Of a stretch of 64,000 bases of DNA, positions 51,721 through 63,835 are shown in pieces (position 1 is the stretch's first letter; each line of letters opens with the position of its first letter). The position numbers were made by a program, and so were the translations under genes. The notes beneath the pieces are model-generated. The model was not told the origin of the DNA. It ran no database searches and was given only the letters and a program-made list of their open reading frames with translations. The DNA comes from Octopus sinensis (taxonomy: Eukaryota), in the NCBI RefSeq assembly GCF_006345805.1, contig NC_043009.1, positions 42,408,001 through 42,472,000 on the forward strand, written 5' to 3'.

Positions 51721-51917
51721 TGATGAAGTCCATAACTCAAGCAGGTCATGGTGAGATTTGAACTCAGAATGATGAAATTCGTAACCCAAGTAGGCTATGG
51801 TGAGATTTGAACTCAGAATGATGACGTCCATAATCCAAGTAGGCCATGGTGAGATTTGAACTCAGAATGATGAAGTCCATAACCCAAGTAGGCCATGGTG
51901 AGATTTGAACTCAGAAC
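51721..51917. repeat. 49-bp tandem repeat, ~4 copies, each containing a SINE-type B box on the minus strand
   Basis: Units start at 51743, 51792, 51841 and 51890. Each has gagatttgaactcagaa (reverse complement ttctgagttcaaatctc). Confidence 0.9.
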
Positions 51918-52716
51918 TAATAATAAAGCAAGCCATTCAGTACTGTGTTCTTACAGCTTTGTCAAACCACTATCTTGGAGTGGTATAAGTGCAATCTTAA
52001 CAGAGCAGGGGTGAAGTCAAGTAAAAAACTACAAGCGTATTACTGGTACTACTTTATTCTGAGGCTTCCAGAATAAACATTAACACCAGGCCTAGAAGAA
52101 TTCAAACTCATTGAATATAAATATGAATTTGTTGTTGTTGCTGCTGTTGTAGTTGTGTGTAGTTCTGATGTACCAGTATCTGGTTAATGATCTTTGAGTC
52201 ATGAAAAGAATTCATAGACATGGTGTTCTGGAGCAAAGCTCTAAGGCACATCCTTTTATGATACTCCAATATACTCAGTTGTTGGCTGAGGGCTGCGAGC
52301 TGGCAGAATCATCTGTATGCAAGGCAAAATACCCAGTAGCAATTCGTCTGTCTTCATGTTCTGAGTTCAAAATCCGTCATGGTCAGCTTTGCATTTCATC
52401 TTTACAGGGTTGATAGAATAAGTACCAGTTGAGCACAGGGGTCAATATAATGGACTTACCCGCTTCCCTAAAATTGCTATCTTTGTACCAAAATTTGAAA
52501 CCAATATACTCAGCTGCAAATGAGTAATAGAGACTGACACAGCCCTCTCCTTTCAGCTGTCATATCCTAGAGGTTCTGCTAGATCAAGGATCAGAGGGCA
52601 GAGCTGGGAGCTTGTCCATGCTTACTCCAGAATACATAAGCACCTAAAACAATTAGCGAAAATAAGCCAAGTGCACTCATGCTGGTGGCACCTTACAAAA
52701 TCAGCCTTTGAACATT

Positions 52717-52934
52717 GGCCTCATGAAGGCAAAGTGGCTGAGTACCTTTTGAGGGTTGGGCCTAATAGAGGCAAAGTGGCTGAGTTCCTTTTAAGTGTTG
52801 GGCCTCATGGAGGCAAAGTGGCTGAGTTCCTTTCAGATGTTAGACCTCACAGAGGTGAGGAGACTCAGTTCCTTTTGAGCAGGCCTCACGGAGGTGAGGT
52901 GGCTGAGCACCTTTCAAGCGTTGGCCTCATGGGA
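52717..52934 (+). repeat. Degenerate 42-bp minisatellite, ~5 copies
   Basis: Unit ggcctcatggaggcaaagtggctgagttccttttgagtgttg. Confidence 0.85.
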
Positions 52935-53927
52935 GGGTAACATCAACCCCAATATTCATCTGGTACTTATTTCATCAACCAACCCTGAAGCGATGAAAGA
53001 AAAAGTTGACCTCAACAGAATTTGAACACAGAACATGAAGATGGACAAAAAAATGCCACTTTGCATTCTGCCCAGCCGACTAACGATTCTACCACCTTAT
53101 AAAAAGAAATATTAAAGACAAAAATACAACAAAATTACACATTTTTTTTTAATGATGTTAAAACAAATTGTTACTTTCTAGTTGTTTGGCCATCTTTAAA
53201 CTCTCAACAGTCATTTATAATTCTCCCTCATGTGTTGAAACGTGTGTATACAATAAAACATTAGAGAGTGCAAAGTCCTTATGTTATATTAGTGATACAA
53301 ATTGGGATAAAGATATCAAAATTCATAAGAATCGATAAAATTTAGTATCGTAAATTTCTGGCAAATATCCAAAGCATATTAACTGTTTGGTTTGTTTATT
53401 TTATATTATATTAGTTTTTGGGTTGTTTTTTTAAAATATTTTTTTAATATTTCATTTTTTAAAAAAATTTTACATTAGAAATTGAGACATTGGAATCTAA
53501 CTGTGAGATGGTTATTATCTGATAACTTCAAGAGATTCTTCATAAAAATTGCAGCTGTAAAGACAATTATTCTGACAAATATCTCGTTTTTTTTTTGTTA
53601 AAAAAAAAACAAGTACACAAATAAATATCACTAAAAAACAGCAAATAAAAAAGGAAGAGAATTATGTTTATTTATTGCAGTAAAAGATATTACCATTATT
53701 TATTATCTAAAGAATCTTAATGGAAGAATCAAAATGTCAGACAATCTTTAACATGTGTCGCTTACATATATATACAATTATACATACATACATACATACA
53801 CACATACGTGTGTGTATATGTATATATATGTATATATATATATGAATGTATTTATTTAAGTATATACATATCATGTACATGCAAACATACATACATACAA
53901 ACATATATCCATGCATGTATGTATATT

Positions 53928-53962
<35 letters not shown>

Positions 53963-54029
53963 GATAGATATATTATTGTTCCTTCTCTTTAGAGTATGTT
54001 ACGTATATATTTTCTACTGATTTTGTTTG

Positions 54030-54050
54030 CTCTATATATTTTTATAATTC

Positions 54051-54149
<99 letters not shown>

Positions 54150-54190
54150 CATTATTATTATTATCATCATTATCATTATTATTATCATGA
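54030..54190. repeat. (ATT)n microsatellite
   Basis: Direct reading. Confidence 0.95.
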
Positions 54191-54984
54191 TTTTTATTAA
54201 TAGTATTTGTACCTAGCAAATAATCCTCATATAACAGTCCCTTTATACTTAAGGTGATGATATGAGCTAGAAATATAAAAAAAATTTTCGTTACAAGATC
54301 TAGCTTTCTCTAGTCATAAGGGAATAATATATAAATCTCCCGTCTCCAGGATAAGTCACTAATCTATCACATTTAGCACTCAGAATAAAAAAACAGTTAA
54401 AAGAAACGGTAACAAGTTAATGTACAATATATTGCCGTCTGCTTTCTTATACCTGCCAAAAAGTATCAGAAAACTGCTATCTCTCATGAAAGATAGCAGA
54501 AAACTTGCTAAAGTTTTGAACTCCTGACCCACCCACCTCTTAAGTAAAGAGTTGAATATATTATCTCAGACAACTTTGTGTCTCATTAAAAGAAATAGAA
54601 AATACCTATGGCTCTGTTATTGATAAGTCAACAGAACCATTTTTATTTCACACAAATTCATTTAATCATCGCTTAGGATCCATTTTCCATGCTGGCATGA
54701 AAATTCTTTCCATTTTATTTGTTGTAATTCTTAAGAAATAATTCTGCATTCTCTAGTTTGGTCACTTAGTCTAAAATAAGGGTTAAGTTAAGCAGATGTT
54801 ACAGGAAATACCTGTAGTGATTCTGATTTATCTGTGTGTGGGTGCTTGCATGCACTAAAAGGTTCCAGGCTTATCCATGAGATCTTTGGTATTTTCTCTC
54901 TGTCTTTGTCACACTCTAATCTTTCATCATCTGATGCAAGATCACCAATTCCAATTCCCCCTCCCCTGTCAAAATTGCAAGTTA

Positions 54985-55300
54985 CTTGGTGATCATGCTG
55001 GCTCTAGTGCCATGTAAAAAGCAACCAGTCCACACTGAAAATTGGTTGGCATTTTGAAGGGCATCCGGCTGTAAAAACCATGCCAAAACTGGCCTCACCT
55101 ATGCTGGTACCAAGTAAAAAGCACTCAGTCCACTCTACAGGATTGTTGGTGTTAGGAAGGGCATCCAGCCTGTGTAGTCTCCTACCTGGTTGACTCCTGT
55201 CCAGCCTGGTGTAGTTTTCTACCTGGTCGGCTCCTGTCAAACCATCCAACCCAAGCCAGCATAGAAGGCAGATGTTAAGATGATGATGATGATGATGATG
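54985..55300 (+). mobile_element. RTE-type LINE 3' UTR with a duplicated motif and (GAT)n tail
   Basis: Two ggttggc..aagggcatcc(a/g)gc motifs, then ccatccaacccaagccagcat..gatgatgat. Confidence 0.65.
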
Positions 55301-55367
55301 ACAATCACCACCAAAGAAATTCTATTAAAATATTGTTGTATGCTTTCTTATACCTGTCTGGCCATAT

Positions 55368-56010
55368 AAGGCATAGCTGTGTGGTAAAAAGTTTGCTTGT
55401 CAACAACATGGTTTTGAGGTCAGTCCCACATCATGCCACCTTCAGCAAGTGACTTCTGCAATAGCCCTGAGCCAACCAAAGCCTTGAAAATGGATTGGAG
55501 AACAAAAACTGAACGTAACTTGTCAATATATATATATATAAATGTGTGTTCGTGCATGATAGATGAACGCCATGATAGATCGGTAGCTCCTACACGCATT
55601 TTTTTTCTCTCCTTGTTTCTCTCCTTTTTTTTTTTCTGTGTATCTTTCTGTCGAAGAGTGTAGGCTCGAAACGTAAAAGACTTCTTCTATTTCTATTCCT
55701 GAGTGCCATACTAATACATTTGTTTGTTTGTACTCCACCTGCCTTCGTCTTTTGTTTATTTTCGTAAACCTTCCCGTTATATGTTCGTGCACATGCACAT
55801 GTGTGTGTGTGTGTATCCCACCATGGTTTCGCAACTTGTGTTGGTTTGTTTGCCTTCCCATAACTTAGTGGCTCAGCAAAAGAGGCCAACAAAATAAGCA
55901 CCTGGCTTTACAAAAAGTACTGTCGTCAATTCATCCAATTAAGATCCTGCAAGGCAGTGCCCCACCATGGCCACCACACTCCAGTGACTGGAACAAATAA
56001 AAGATAACCA
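55368..56010 (+). mobile_element. Old SINE family A split by an insert in its internal microsatellite
   Basis: Head and body at 55368-55525, tail at 55795-56010. Confidence 0.7.
55557..55781 (+). mobile_element. Short PLE-like element with a variant hammerhead (55643-55680) and a 10-bp TSD
   Basis: TSD tgttcgtgca at 55547-55556 and 55782-55791. It reads tcttt-CTGTCGA-a-gagt-gtag-gctc-GAAA-cg-TA|aaaga. Confidence 0.7.
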
Positions 56011-56321
56011 TCGCTATGCAATTAGCAAAGAATTTCAAGATGAGGTTTTACCAATTTTGCATTTAAAAATTTATATAAAGGGTCGTTTTGATGCTCTCAT
56101 CAGCTTGTTTGCTGTTGTACACAAGATTTTGCAGCAATGTTATGTAACCAAAAACAAATTCCATGCTGACTGAGTTATCTGAAGCAGTACCTAAAATTGA
56201 GTTACCTACTGCAAAGGGCCAACCTCATTCACCTCATTACAATATTACATTAAATTAAATAACTAAAACATAATTAATGTCTATTGTAAAGTCTAGGGTA
56301 CCTATAGATTTTATTTTATTG

Positions 56322-57215
56322 GGCCCTCATGGAAGCAATGGCAAGTGAACAAGACCTTTGGCGATATGCTGTGCTTGAAAAGCCTTGTCAAGCCAAGTGA
56401 AATCATAGTGGGGGCACATGGTTTAGTGGTTAGGGTGTCAGCACCATGATCGTAAGATTGTGGTTTCAATTCCTGGACGTGTTGTGTTCTTGAGCAAAAA
56501 CACTTAATTTCACGTTGCTCCAGTCCACTCAGCTGGCAAAAATGAGCAACGCTGTGATGGACTGGTGTCCCGTCCAGCTGGGGAACACGTACGCCATAGA
56601 AACTGGGAGACCGGGCTCATGAGCCTGGCTAAGCTTTAAAAGGGCACAGTGGAGCCACATGGCTTAGTGGTTAGAGCTGCGGACTTGCAGTCGAGGGATC
56701 ACGGGTTCGAATCTCAGACCGGGCGATGTGTGTGTTTATGAGCAAAACAGCTAATCTCCACGTGGCTCCGTTAAAAAGGGAACAGCAAGCTTCTGCTGAC
56801 TCTTTCACCACAACTTTCTCTCACTCTTTCCTCCTGCATCTTGCAGCTCACCTGCGATGGACCGGTGTCCCATCCAGGTGGGGAACTTATACGCCAAGGA
56901 AACTGGGAAAATCGGCCCTTATGAGCCTGACATGGCTCGAGAAGGAACAAACAAAAGTGAAATCATAGTCATGGCCAATTCTTGTGTTGTGTAACTGGCA
57001 CCCATTCTGGTAGCACATAAAAGTACTCAGCTGGTGGCAAATAAAAAACACCTATTATGCTCTAGGAGTAGTTGGTGCTAGGAAGAGCATCCAATCTTAG
57101 AAACCATGCCAAATCAGACTGGAGCCCAGTGCATCTCTCCAGTTTACCAGTTCCAATCAAATCTTCGAACCCATGCCAGCATGGAAAGTGGATTTTTAAA
57201 TGATGATGGTGATGA
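56322..57215 (+). mobile_element. RTE-type LINE 3' end interrupted by two SINEs (56410-56954) inside one 15-bp TSD
   Basis: ..EAMASEQDLWRYAVLEKPCQAK* (LINE C-terminus). TSD aagtgaaatcatagt at 56395-56409 and 56955-56969. Confidence 0.7.
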
Positions 57216-57299
57216 TTCTCTACAAAGTGTAGCCAACATTCTGGATAGAATGAAAAGGGCACCATATTTAGTGGCATACAAATCAAAATGTTATACAAT

Positions 57300-57618
57300 G
57301 CATGTATGTTGTTGTTGTTTGTTTCTTCTACTCGAGCCATGCCTGGCTCATAAGGGCCGGTTTCCCAGTTTCCTCGGTGTATAGGTTCTCCAACTGGACA
57401 GGACGCCAGTCAATTGCAGGTGAGCTGCAAGATGCAGGAAGAAAGAGTGAGAGAAAGTTGTGGCGAACGAGTCAGCAGAAGTTCACCATTACCTACTACC
57501 AGAGCCGCATGGTGCTTAGGTGTTTTGCTTATAAACACGCACACATCGCCCGGTCTGAGATTCGAACCCGCGATCTCTCGACTGCAAGTCCATGTCTCTA
57601 ACCACTAGGCCATGTGCC
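57300..57618 (-). mobile_element. tRNA-derived SINE (same family as 56653-56954)
   Basis: Reverse complement ggcacatggcctagtggttagagacatggacttgcagtcgagagatcgcgggttcgaatctc. Confidence 0.8.
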
Positions 57619-57681
57619 CCCACAATGTATGTATGTAGTGTAAACATTCAAACATCATCACTTTCTTTTCAAATCCCGTAG

Positions 57682-57814
57682 CATTTCACACAGAATTTTC
57701 AGACCTCCAAAGTTATCTTGGTGTCTAAGTCAACCTACCTCTTTTGACTGTAAATTTTGGTCGAAACATTTAAAGTTGAATCTTGGAAAATACAGTATAT
57801 TCAGTAGAAAAGGT
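57682..57814 (+). CDS. Candidate internal exon (phase 2 to 0): ISHRIFRPPKLSWCLSQPTSFDCKFWSKHLKLNLGKYSIFSRKG
   Basis: Acceptor ctttcttttcaaatcccgTAG, a single open frame and donor GGT|GTAAGT. It is phase-compatible with 36904-36986. Confidence 0.25.
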
Positions 57815-58139
57815 GTAAGTGCACCTAGGATCCGAATGTGTGTAAAATGACTGATATGTAACTTGAAACTCAGTACTAAAAACATATAAATAAATAAATT
57901 GAAGTTCACTGAAATTAAAATCAATAGTTTACGTAATTTCCTAGCAGACATTTACAGCCTGCTTTTCTCATCTGTTCAAATCCGTTTAACTAATTTTCAG
58001 GAGTCATGCTTGATGGTACCACAACTCCAATTTGTAATACAAGAAAATATTTTCCTTTATAAAGTCGTGTAATATAAACAAATAGAAACATACCAAACTA
58101 CATATTACATGCACAGATACACATACATACATTTATGTA

Positions 58140-58345
<206 letters not shown>

Positions 58346-58763
58346 ATATTTCTTCTTTGTCTGCTTTCTTTCCTTATATTAAAATTATTAAAATGTGCCT
58401 GAACTGCTCCACCTAAAGAGCACTGGGTGGAGTTAAATAAGTACTTGCCATCGTTTCAGTTCAAGGATTCTAGAATACATTAGTTTTAATGCAACCATCA
58501 TAATATTGCACCATGCCTATATATGTATACGTGTATATATGTGTGCGTGTGTGTGTGTGTGTGTGTGTGCGTATGCATACATATGCGCACATATACATGT
58601 ATACTCACACATTCATTCACAGACACAAACATACACATTTTCATTCAGATGGTGGCGCTTACAAGACTAGTCCTGTTACTACTGAGTTTCAAGGTCACCA
58701 GAGCACACTTTAGTAATTTCAAAATTGTAAAGAATATAATTATATCAATCTATCTAAATTTTA

Positions 58764-58858
58764 GGGACGTAAACACACCAACATCGACTGTCAAATGATG
58801 GCGGGGGGACAAACACAGACACAAACATATATATATATACATAATGTATATATGTATG

Positions 58859-58892
<34 letters not shown>

Positions 58893-59082
58893 AGTGGTGT
58901 ACGTACACCTTATATATATATGACAGACTTCTTTCAGTTTCTGTCAACCAAATCCACTCACAAGGTTTTGGTCAGCCTTTGGCTATAGTAGAAGTACACT
59001 TGCCCAAGGTGCCATGCAATGGGACTGAACCCAGAACCGTGTGGTTGAGAAGCAAGCTTCTAATCACACAGCTACTCCTGCA

Positions 59083-59125
<43 letters not shown>

Positions 59126-59133
59126 TATATACA

Positions 59134-59165
<32 letters not shown>

Positions 59166-59296
59166 CAAAAGAGAACTGATAGAATAAGTACTAGGCTTAC
59201 AAAGCATGAGTCCTGAGGTCAATTTGCTCAACTAAAGGCAGTGCTCCAGCATGGCCACAGTCAAATGACTGAAACAAATAAAAGAATGAACGAATA
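58764..59296. mobile_element. SINE family A with the 5' part inverted (58764-59084, -) and the 3' part forward (59167-59296, +)
   Basis: The two pieces are complementary parts of one consensus, with only a short gap of roughly 15-20 nt between them. Confidence 0.7.
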
Positions 59297-59699
59297 AAAG
59301 AATATATAATGCAGTACAATGAATTTTTGAGATGTAGTCCAACAACTGTGGTGCTTAGTAAAGGCATCAGAACATCTAGTACCATCAATCTATACCAACA
59401 ACAAATTAAGTCAAATGCAGTGGGCTTCTCTACATTGTTACTCAATGGACATGAAAGAGTAGTCAAATCTGACCTCAAATTTTGTTGTAATGTCATAAAA
59501 TTATGTCTCATTAAATAGTGTTGCATTAAGTACAATATATCAGGAAAAAGGCAGGATGGTCATACCTGGAAATATTTTGATCATAGGTTTGTTCTGTAAA
59601 TGTTGATCTGGGAGTAAACAAGGAAAAACCAACAATTCATATGTGCACCTGGTTTTGAGGAGAAATTCGAGCGAGGTTGTTGCCAAAGAAAACATTAGA

Positions 59700-59990
59700 G
59701 CGAGGTCGTTGCCTGTGCCACTGGACTGGCTCCTGTGCAGGTGGCACATAAAAAGCACCATTTGAGCATGGCCGTTACCAGTACCACCTAACTGGCCCTC
59801 GTGCCAGTGGCACGTAAAAGCATCCACTACACTCTCGGAGTGGTTGGCATTAGGAAGGGCATCCAGCTGTAGAAACTCTGCTAGATCAGATTGGAGCCTG
59901 GTGCAGCCATTTGGTTCACCAGACATCAGTCAAATCATCCAACCCATGCTAGCATGAAAAGCGGATGTTAAACGATGATGATGATGATGT
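59700..59990 (+). mobile_element. RTE-type LINE 3' UTR with (GAT)n tail
   Basis: ggagtggttggcattaggaagggcatccagctgtagaaac...aacccatgctagcatg...gatgatgat. Confidence 0.7.
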
Positions 59991-60189
59991 CACTTGAATA
60001 GCTAGAAATAACAGCCAATTTTTCTTGAAATCATACCTTATCATCTAAATGTAGTCTTAGATGTATTATTTAAAAAAAAAAAAGAAGTTAATCATGATTT
60101 TGATCATAGGTCTGCTCGATCAGGCTGTTCTGGAGTTAATCAACAACAACCACAAGAATTGCTGCTGCAGCACCAAAGTATAATAAATA

Positions 60190-60400
60190 GCAAAAGCATA
60201 TTGAAGAATGAGCTCCACCTGGCTGACTTTATTCTGGTCACACTAGATGAATCCAAAAGTTTTAGTTGTGATCTAACCACCCATTAAGAATTATGGGAAG
60301 TTTTTCAGTTAAGATCAGTAGAATTAGTCCAAGAAGAACATGCATTAGGCTAGTTAAAGATATATCTAAAAGAAGGTAGAATTTTTCGAAGGAAATGACC
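60190..60400 (+). pseudogene. Possible highly decayed hAT-type transposase fragment
   Basis: ILKNELHLADFILVTLDESKSFS...FQLRSVELVQEEHALG resembles the hAT 'F(S)xxLDESTD...EEFLG' region. It contains several stops. Confidence 0.3.
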
Positions 60401-61329
60401 AAGGTGAGAGAAACTGCTGCAAGATAAAACCATTTTTAATATGGAGGCAAAAACACAGAACTATAAAAATATGAATATACTGTAGTTTAGTGAGTGAAAT
60501 TCTTTGCTGTCCTGTGAAGCATTATTAATAGCAATATGAAGATGGTCGCATTGAAATATGTTCCTGATAAAACGGGTAGGCTGTTAATGAGGTTTGTTAT
60601 GAGCTCAATACGGGCAAACAAAAGCAAAGAAATGCCAAAAGTATAAATAAGAAAATGAGATTGCCGAAGAGTCAAAGAATGGCAGTTAAACCAAAAATAT
60701 CTGAAAGAAGAATAATTCCTTGTATTGTTCTTTTGTGTGAAGTCTACTTTCAGAAAAGTAATTATCTGATATGGCTGGCGACACAATTTCTCTATAAAAA
60801 TTTTGGCATTTTTAAGAATATGTCTAGCATTAAAGCATTCATCTCTGCCTAATTCTGCCTCATGGCAGATATATAAATAATGAAAGGAATAAACACCAAT
60901 CTATTCTAAAAGAAGGAAGCTATGAAGACCAATTTCATTTGAGTTATTTCTTCATTCTAAAATCATTTCAATAATAGATATTGTTTATTTGTATTTTATA
61001 TATAGACCGGTCATTCATTTCCGAATATTTTCCGTCCTTGCTATGATGGAATCTTAATGACACCATAATTACTGAGTGGACATTATTCTCAAACGTTTTA
61101 ATCAGTTATAACAAAGAATTTTATCATGGTTATTGTAAACAAAATAAAACAACATTAAGTATTATGGCTTTTTCTTAAAGCTCTCCTTTCACTTAAACAC
61201 ACTGTGTATTAAAACAGAGATGAATTTAATGAAAATATTGATTTTGTCTCTTTCGCAGTAAGTTTCTCTTAATTTTGGCTAATCAGCTTTTGACATTAAC
61301 ACCTTACAACAACAGCAATAATAATAATA

Positions 61330-62545
61330 CAGGTTTCAAATTTTGGTACAAGGCCAGCAAGTTCAAGGCAGGGAGTAAGTTGATTAAACTGACCCCAACA
61401 TTCAAATGGTATTTATTTTATTGAGGCGGCGAGCTGGCAGAAGCGTTAGCACGCCGGGCGAAATGCTTTGTGGTATTTCGTCCGCCGCTGCGTTCTGAGT
61501 TCAAATTCCGCCGAGGTCGACTTTACCTTTCATCCTTTCGGGGTCGATAAATTAAGTACCTGTTACACACTGGGGTCGATGTAATCGACTTAATCCATTT
61601 GTCTGTCCTTGTTTGTCCACTCTCTATGTTTAGCCCCTTGTGGGTAGTAAAGAAATAGGTACTTATTTTATTGACCCCAAAAAGATGAAAAGGAAGTCAA
61701 CCCCAGTGGAATTTTAACTTAGAATTTAAAGACAAATGAAATGCTGCCGAGCAATTTACCTGAGATGTTAACAATTCTGCCAGCTTGCTGCCTTAACAAC
61801 AACAACAATAATATTGGCTTCAAATTTCGACACAGGGCTAGCTGTTTGGGGAAGGGGCTAAGTTGATTAAATCAACCCCAGTATTCAAACTCTGCAGCCT
61901 TTTGTCTGGTATGCTAACAACTCTTCTGGCTTGCCTCCTCAGGAATTCCTTCTACTATAGGCACAAGACCTGAAATTTTGGAAAGAGTAGCTTATTGATT
62001 CCATCAACCCCAGTGTCTGACTTGTACTTATTTTACCCTGAAAGAATGAAAGACAAAGTTGACCTTGGTGGAACTTGAACTCAGGACATAACACCAGAAG
62101 AAATGCTGCTAAGCATTTTATCCAGTCTGAAAGTTTAAAGGAGAGCACTAGTCAATTACATCAACCCCAGTACTTGACTGGTACTTGATTTATTGACCCT
62201 GAAAGGATCAAAGGCAAAATCAACCTCAGAGGAATTTAAATTCAGAATGTAAAGACAGATGAAATGCCACTAAGCATTTTGTCTGATATACTCACATTTC
62301 TACCAGTTCACCACCTTAATAATAATAAAAATAGCAAGGTATCAAAGTTTGGCACAAGGCCAGCAATTTGGGGAGAGGTAAGTTGATTACATCAACCCCA
62401 GTGCTCAGCTGGTACTTATTTCTATCAACTCCCAAAAAATGAAAAGCAAAGCCAACCTCGGTGAAATTTGAAATCAGAACACGAAGGTGGATGAAATGCA
62501 CCTAACTTTTTGTCCACCATGCTAAAGATTCGGTCAGCTTGCTGC
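61330..62545. mobile_element. Cluster of about 6 SINE family B copies, including a young + copy (61425-61657) nested in an older - copy
   Basis: TSD-like ggta(t/c)ttattttattga at 61408-61424 and 61658-61674. Three tandem - copies lie at about 61960-62545. Confidence 0.8.
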
Positions 62546-63363
62546 CTTAATAATTTTACCGAAATCAAAAAGATGTGGCATCTCAAGACAGTTACAATAC
62601 TAGTGATTGTAGGAGCATTTGGAATGATCAAAACAAAAAAAAACTGAAAATTAAGAATGATCCTTGGCTTACCACCCATGTGAGAAGTGCAAAAGACTGT
62701 CTTAACTAGTGTGTGACAAGTATTGAGAAGACTGCACCTATCTTATTTGTTTACATTTATGCTTTTTCTTTTTTCTCTTTGTCTTCCCCTTTTTCTCTGT
62801 CACATGACTTTGTAAGTGAATAAGCTGATGTGTTTATTTTAATTTCCCACTAATGTATACAGTATGTTTCTCTGCCCTAGGTGTCAGGAAGACACTCTGC
62901 AAGAAACGGAAACAGATTAGCTCTTTAACAAAACAACAGATACATTTCTTTTCCATCTAACTGATTGACCACACAATCAGTTTAGTAAATTTGAACTTTT
63001 GCAAGAAAATATGAGTTTATTTTCGCTCTGTCAGAGGAGAAAAAGTAGCCACGTAGACACATTCATTCCAGGGAATTTGTGTCTGGTTGAGGAAAAAGAG
63101 TTGATCCCCAGACAACACATCTGGTATCAAATACTTACCTGTTAGGGAAGCTATTAAAGGTATGCAAGAGCCAAATGGGATTACTAATCAGGGTGTTGTA
63201 TAAGCATATGTTTGTTGTTAATTTTTGCTCTCGACAGTTTAAATCTATCACCCAAAATACCCCAATCAGGGTAGGTATTGAACTATCTTTCTCTGTCTCC
63301 ATCTCTCTCCATTATTCTATCGATCCATTTCTCTGTCTGTATATCAGTCTATTTATCCATTTC

Positions 63364-63398
<35 letters not shown>

Positions 63399-63575
63399 GT
63401 TTAACGTCCGTTCTCCATGCTAGCATGGGTTGGACGGTTCGACCGGGGATCTGGGAAGCCAGAAGGCTGCACCAGGCTCCAGTCTTATCTGGCAATGTTT
63501 CTACAGCTGGATGCCCTTCCTAACGCCAACCACTCCGTGAGTGTAGTGGGTGCTTTTTACGTGCCACCTGCACAG
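63364..63575 (-). mobile_element. Young RTE-type LINE 3' UTR with (GAT)n tail
   Basis: catcatcat..cgtttaacgtccg..ctggatgcccttcctaacgccaaccactccg, with CpGs retained. Confidence 0.75.
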
Positions 63576-63772
63576 TCAATTATATATATTCTTCTCTTGT
63601 CATATTTTCTCTGCTCTCTCTCTCTCTCTCTCTCTCACTCATTTCGCTCCCTCATCTCTCCAGCATGGCCACAGTCAACTGACTGAAACAAGTAAAATAA
63701 TAAAAGAATATATATATTTGTCTGTCTATCTGTCTATCTATCTATCTATCTATCTGTCTATCTATCTATCTA

Positions 63773-63835
<63 letters not shown>

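Noticed and set aside
51743-51917. C/D-box snoRNA cluster (ATGATGA in each 49-bp unit)
   Set aside because: There is no D box (CTGA) on the same strand and no terminal stems.
56653-56730. tRNA-Ala-like sequence, and other tRNA-like heads such as 34137 and 37987
   Set aside because: There is no acceptor stem and the sequence continues into a SINE body, so these are SINE heads and not tRNA genes.
60487-60786. 99-aa hydrophobic minus-strand ORF as a GPCR-like exon
   Set aside because: No family motif. It is T-rich antisense of an A-rich, probably transposon-derived region.
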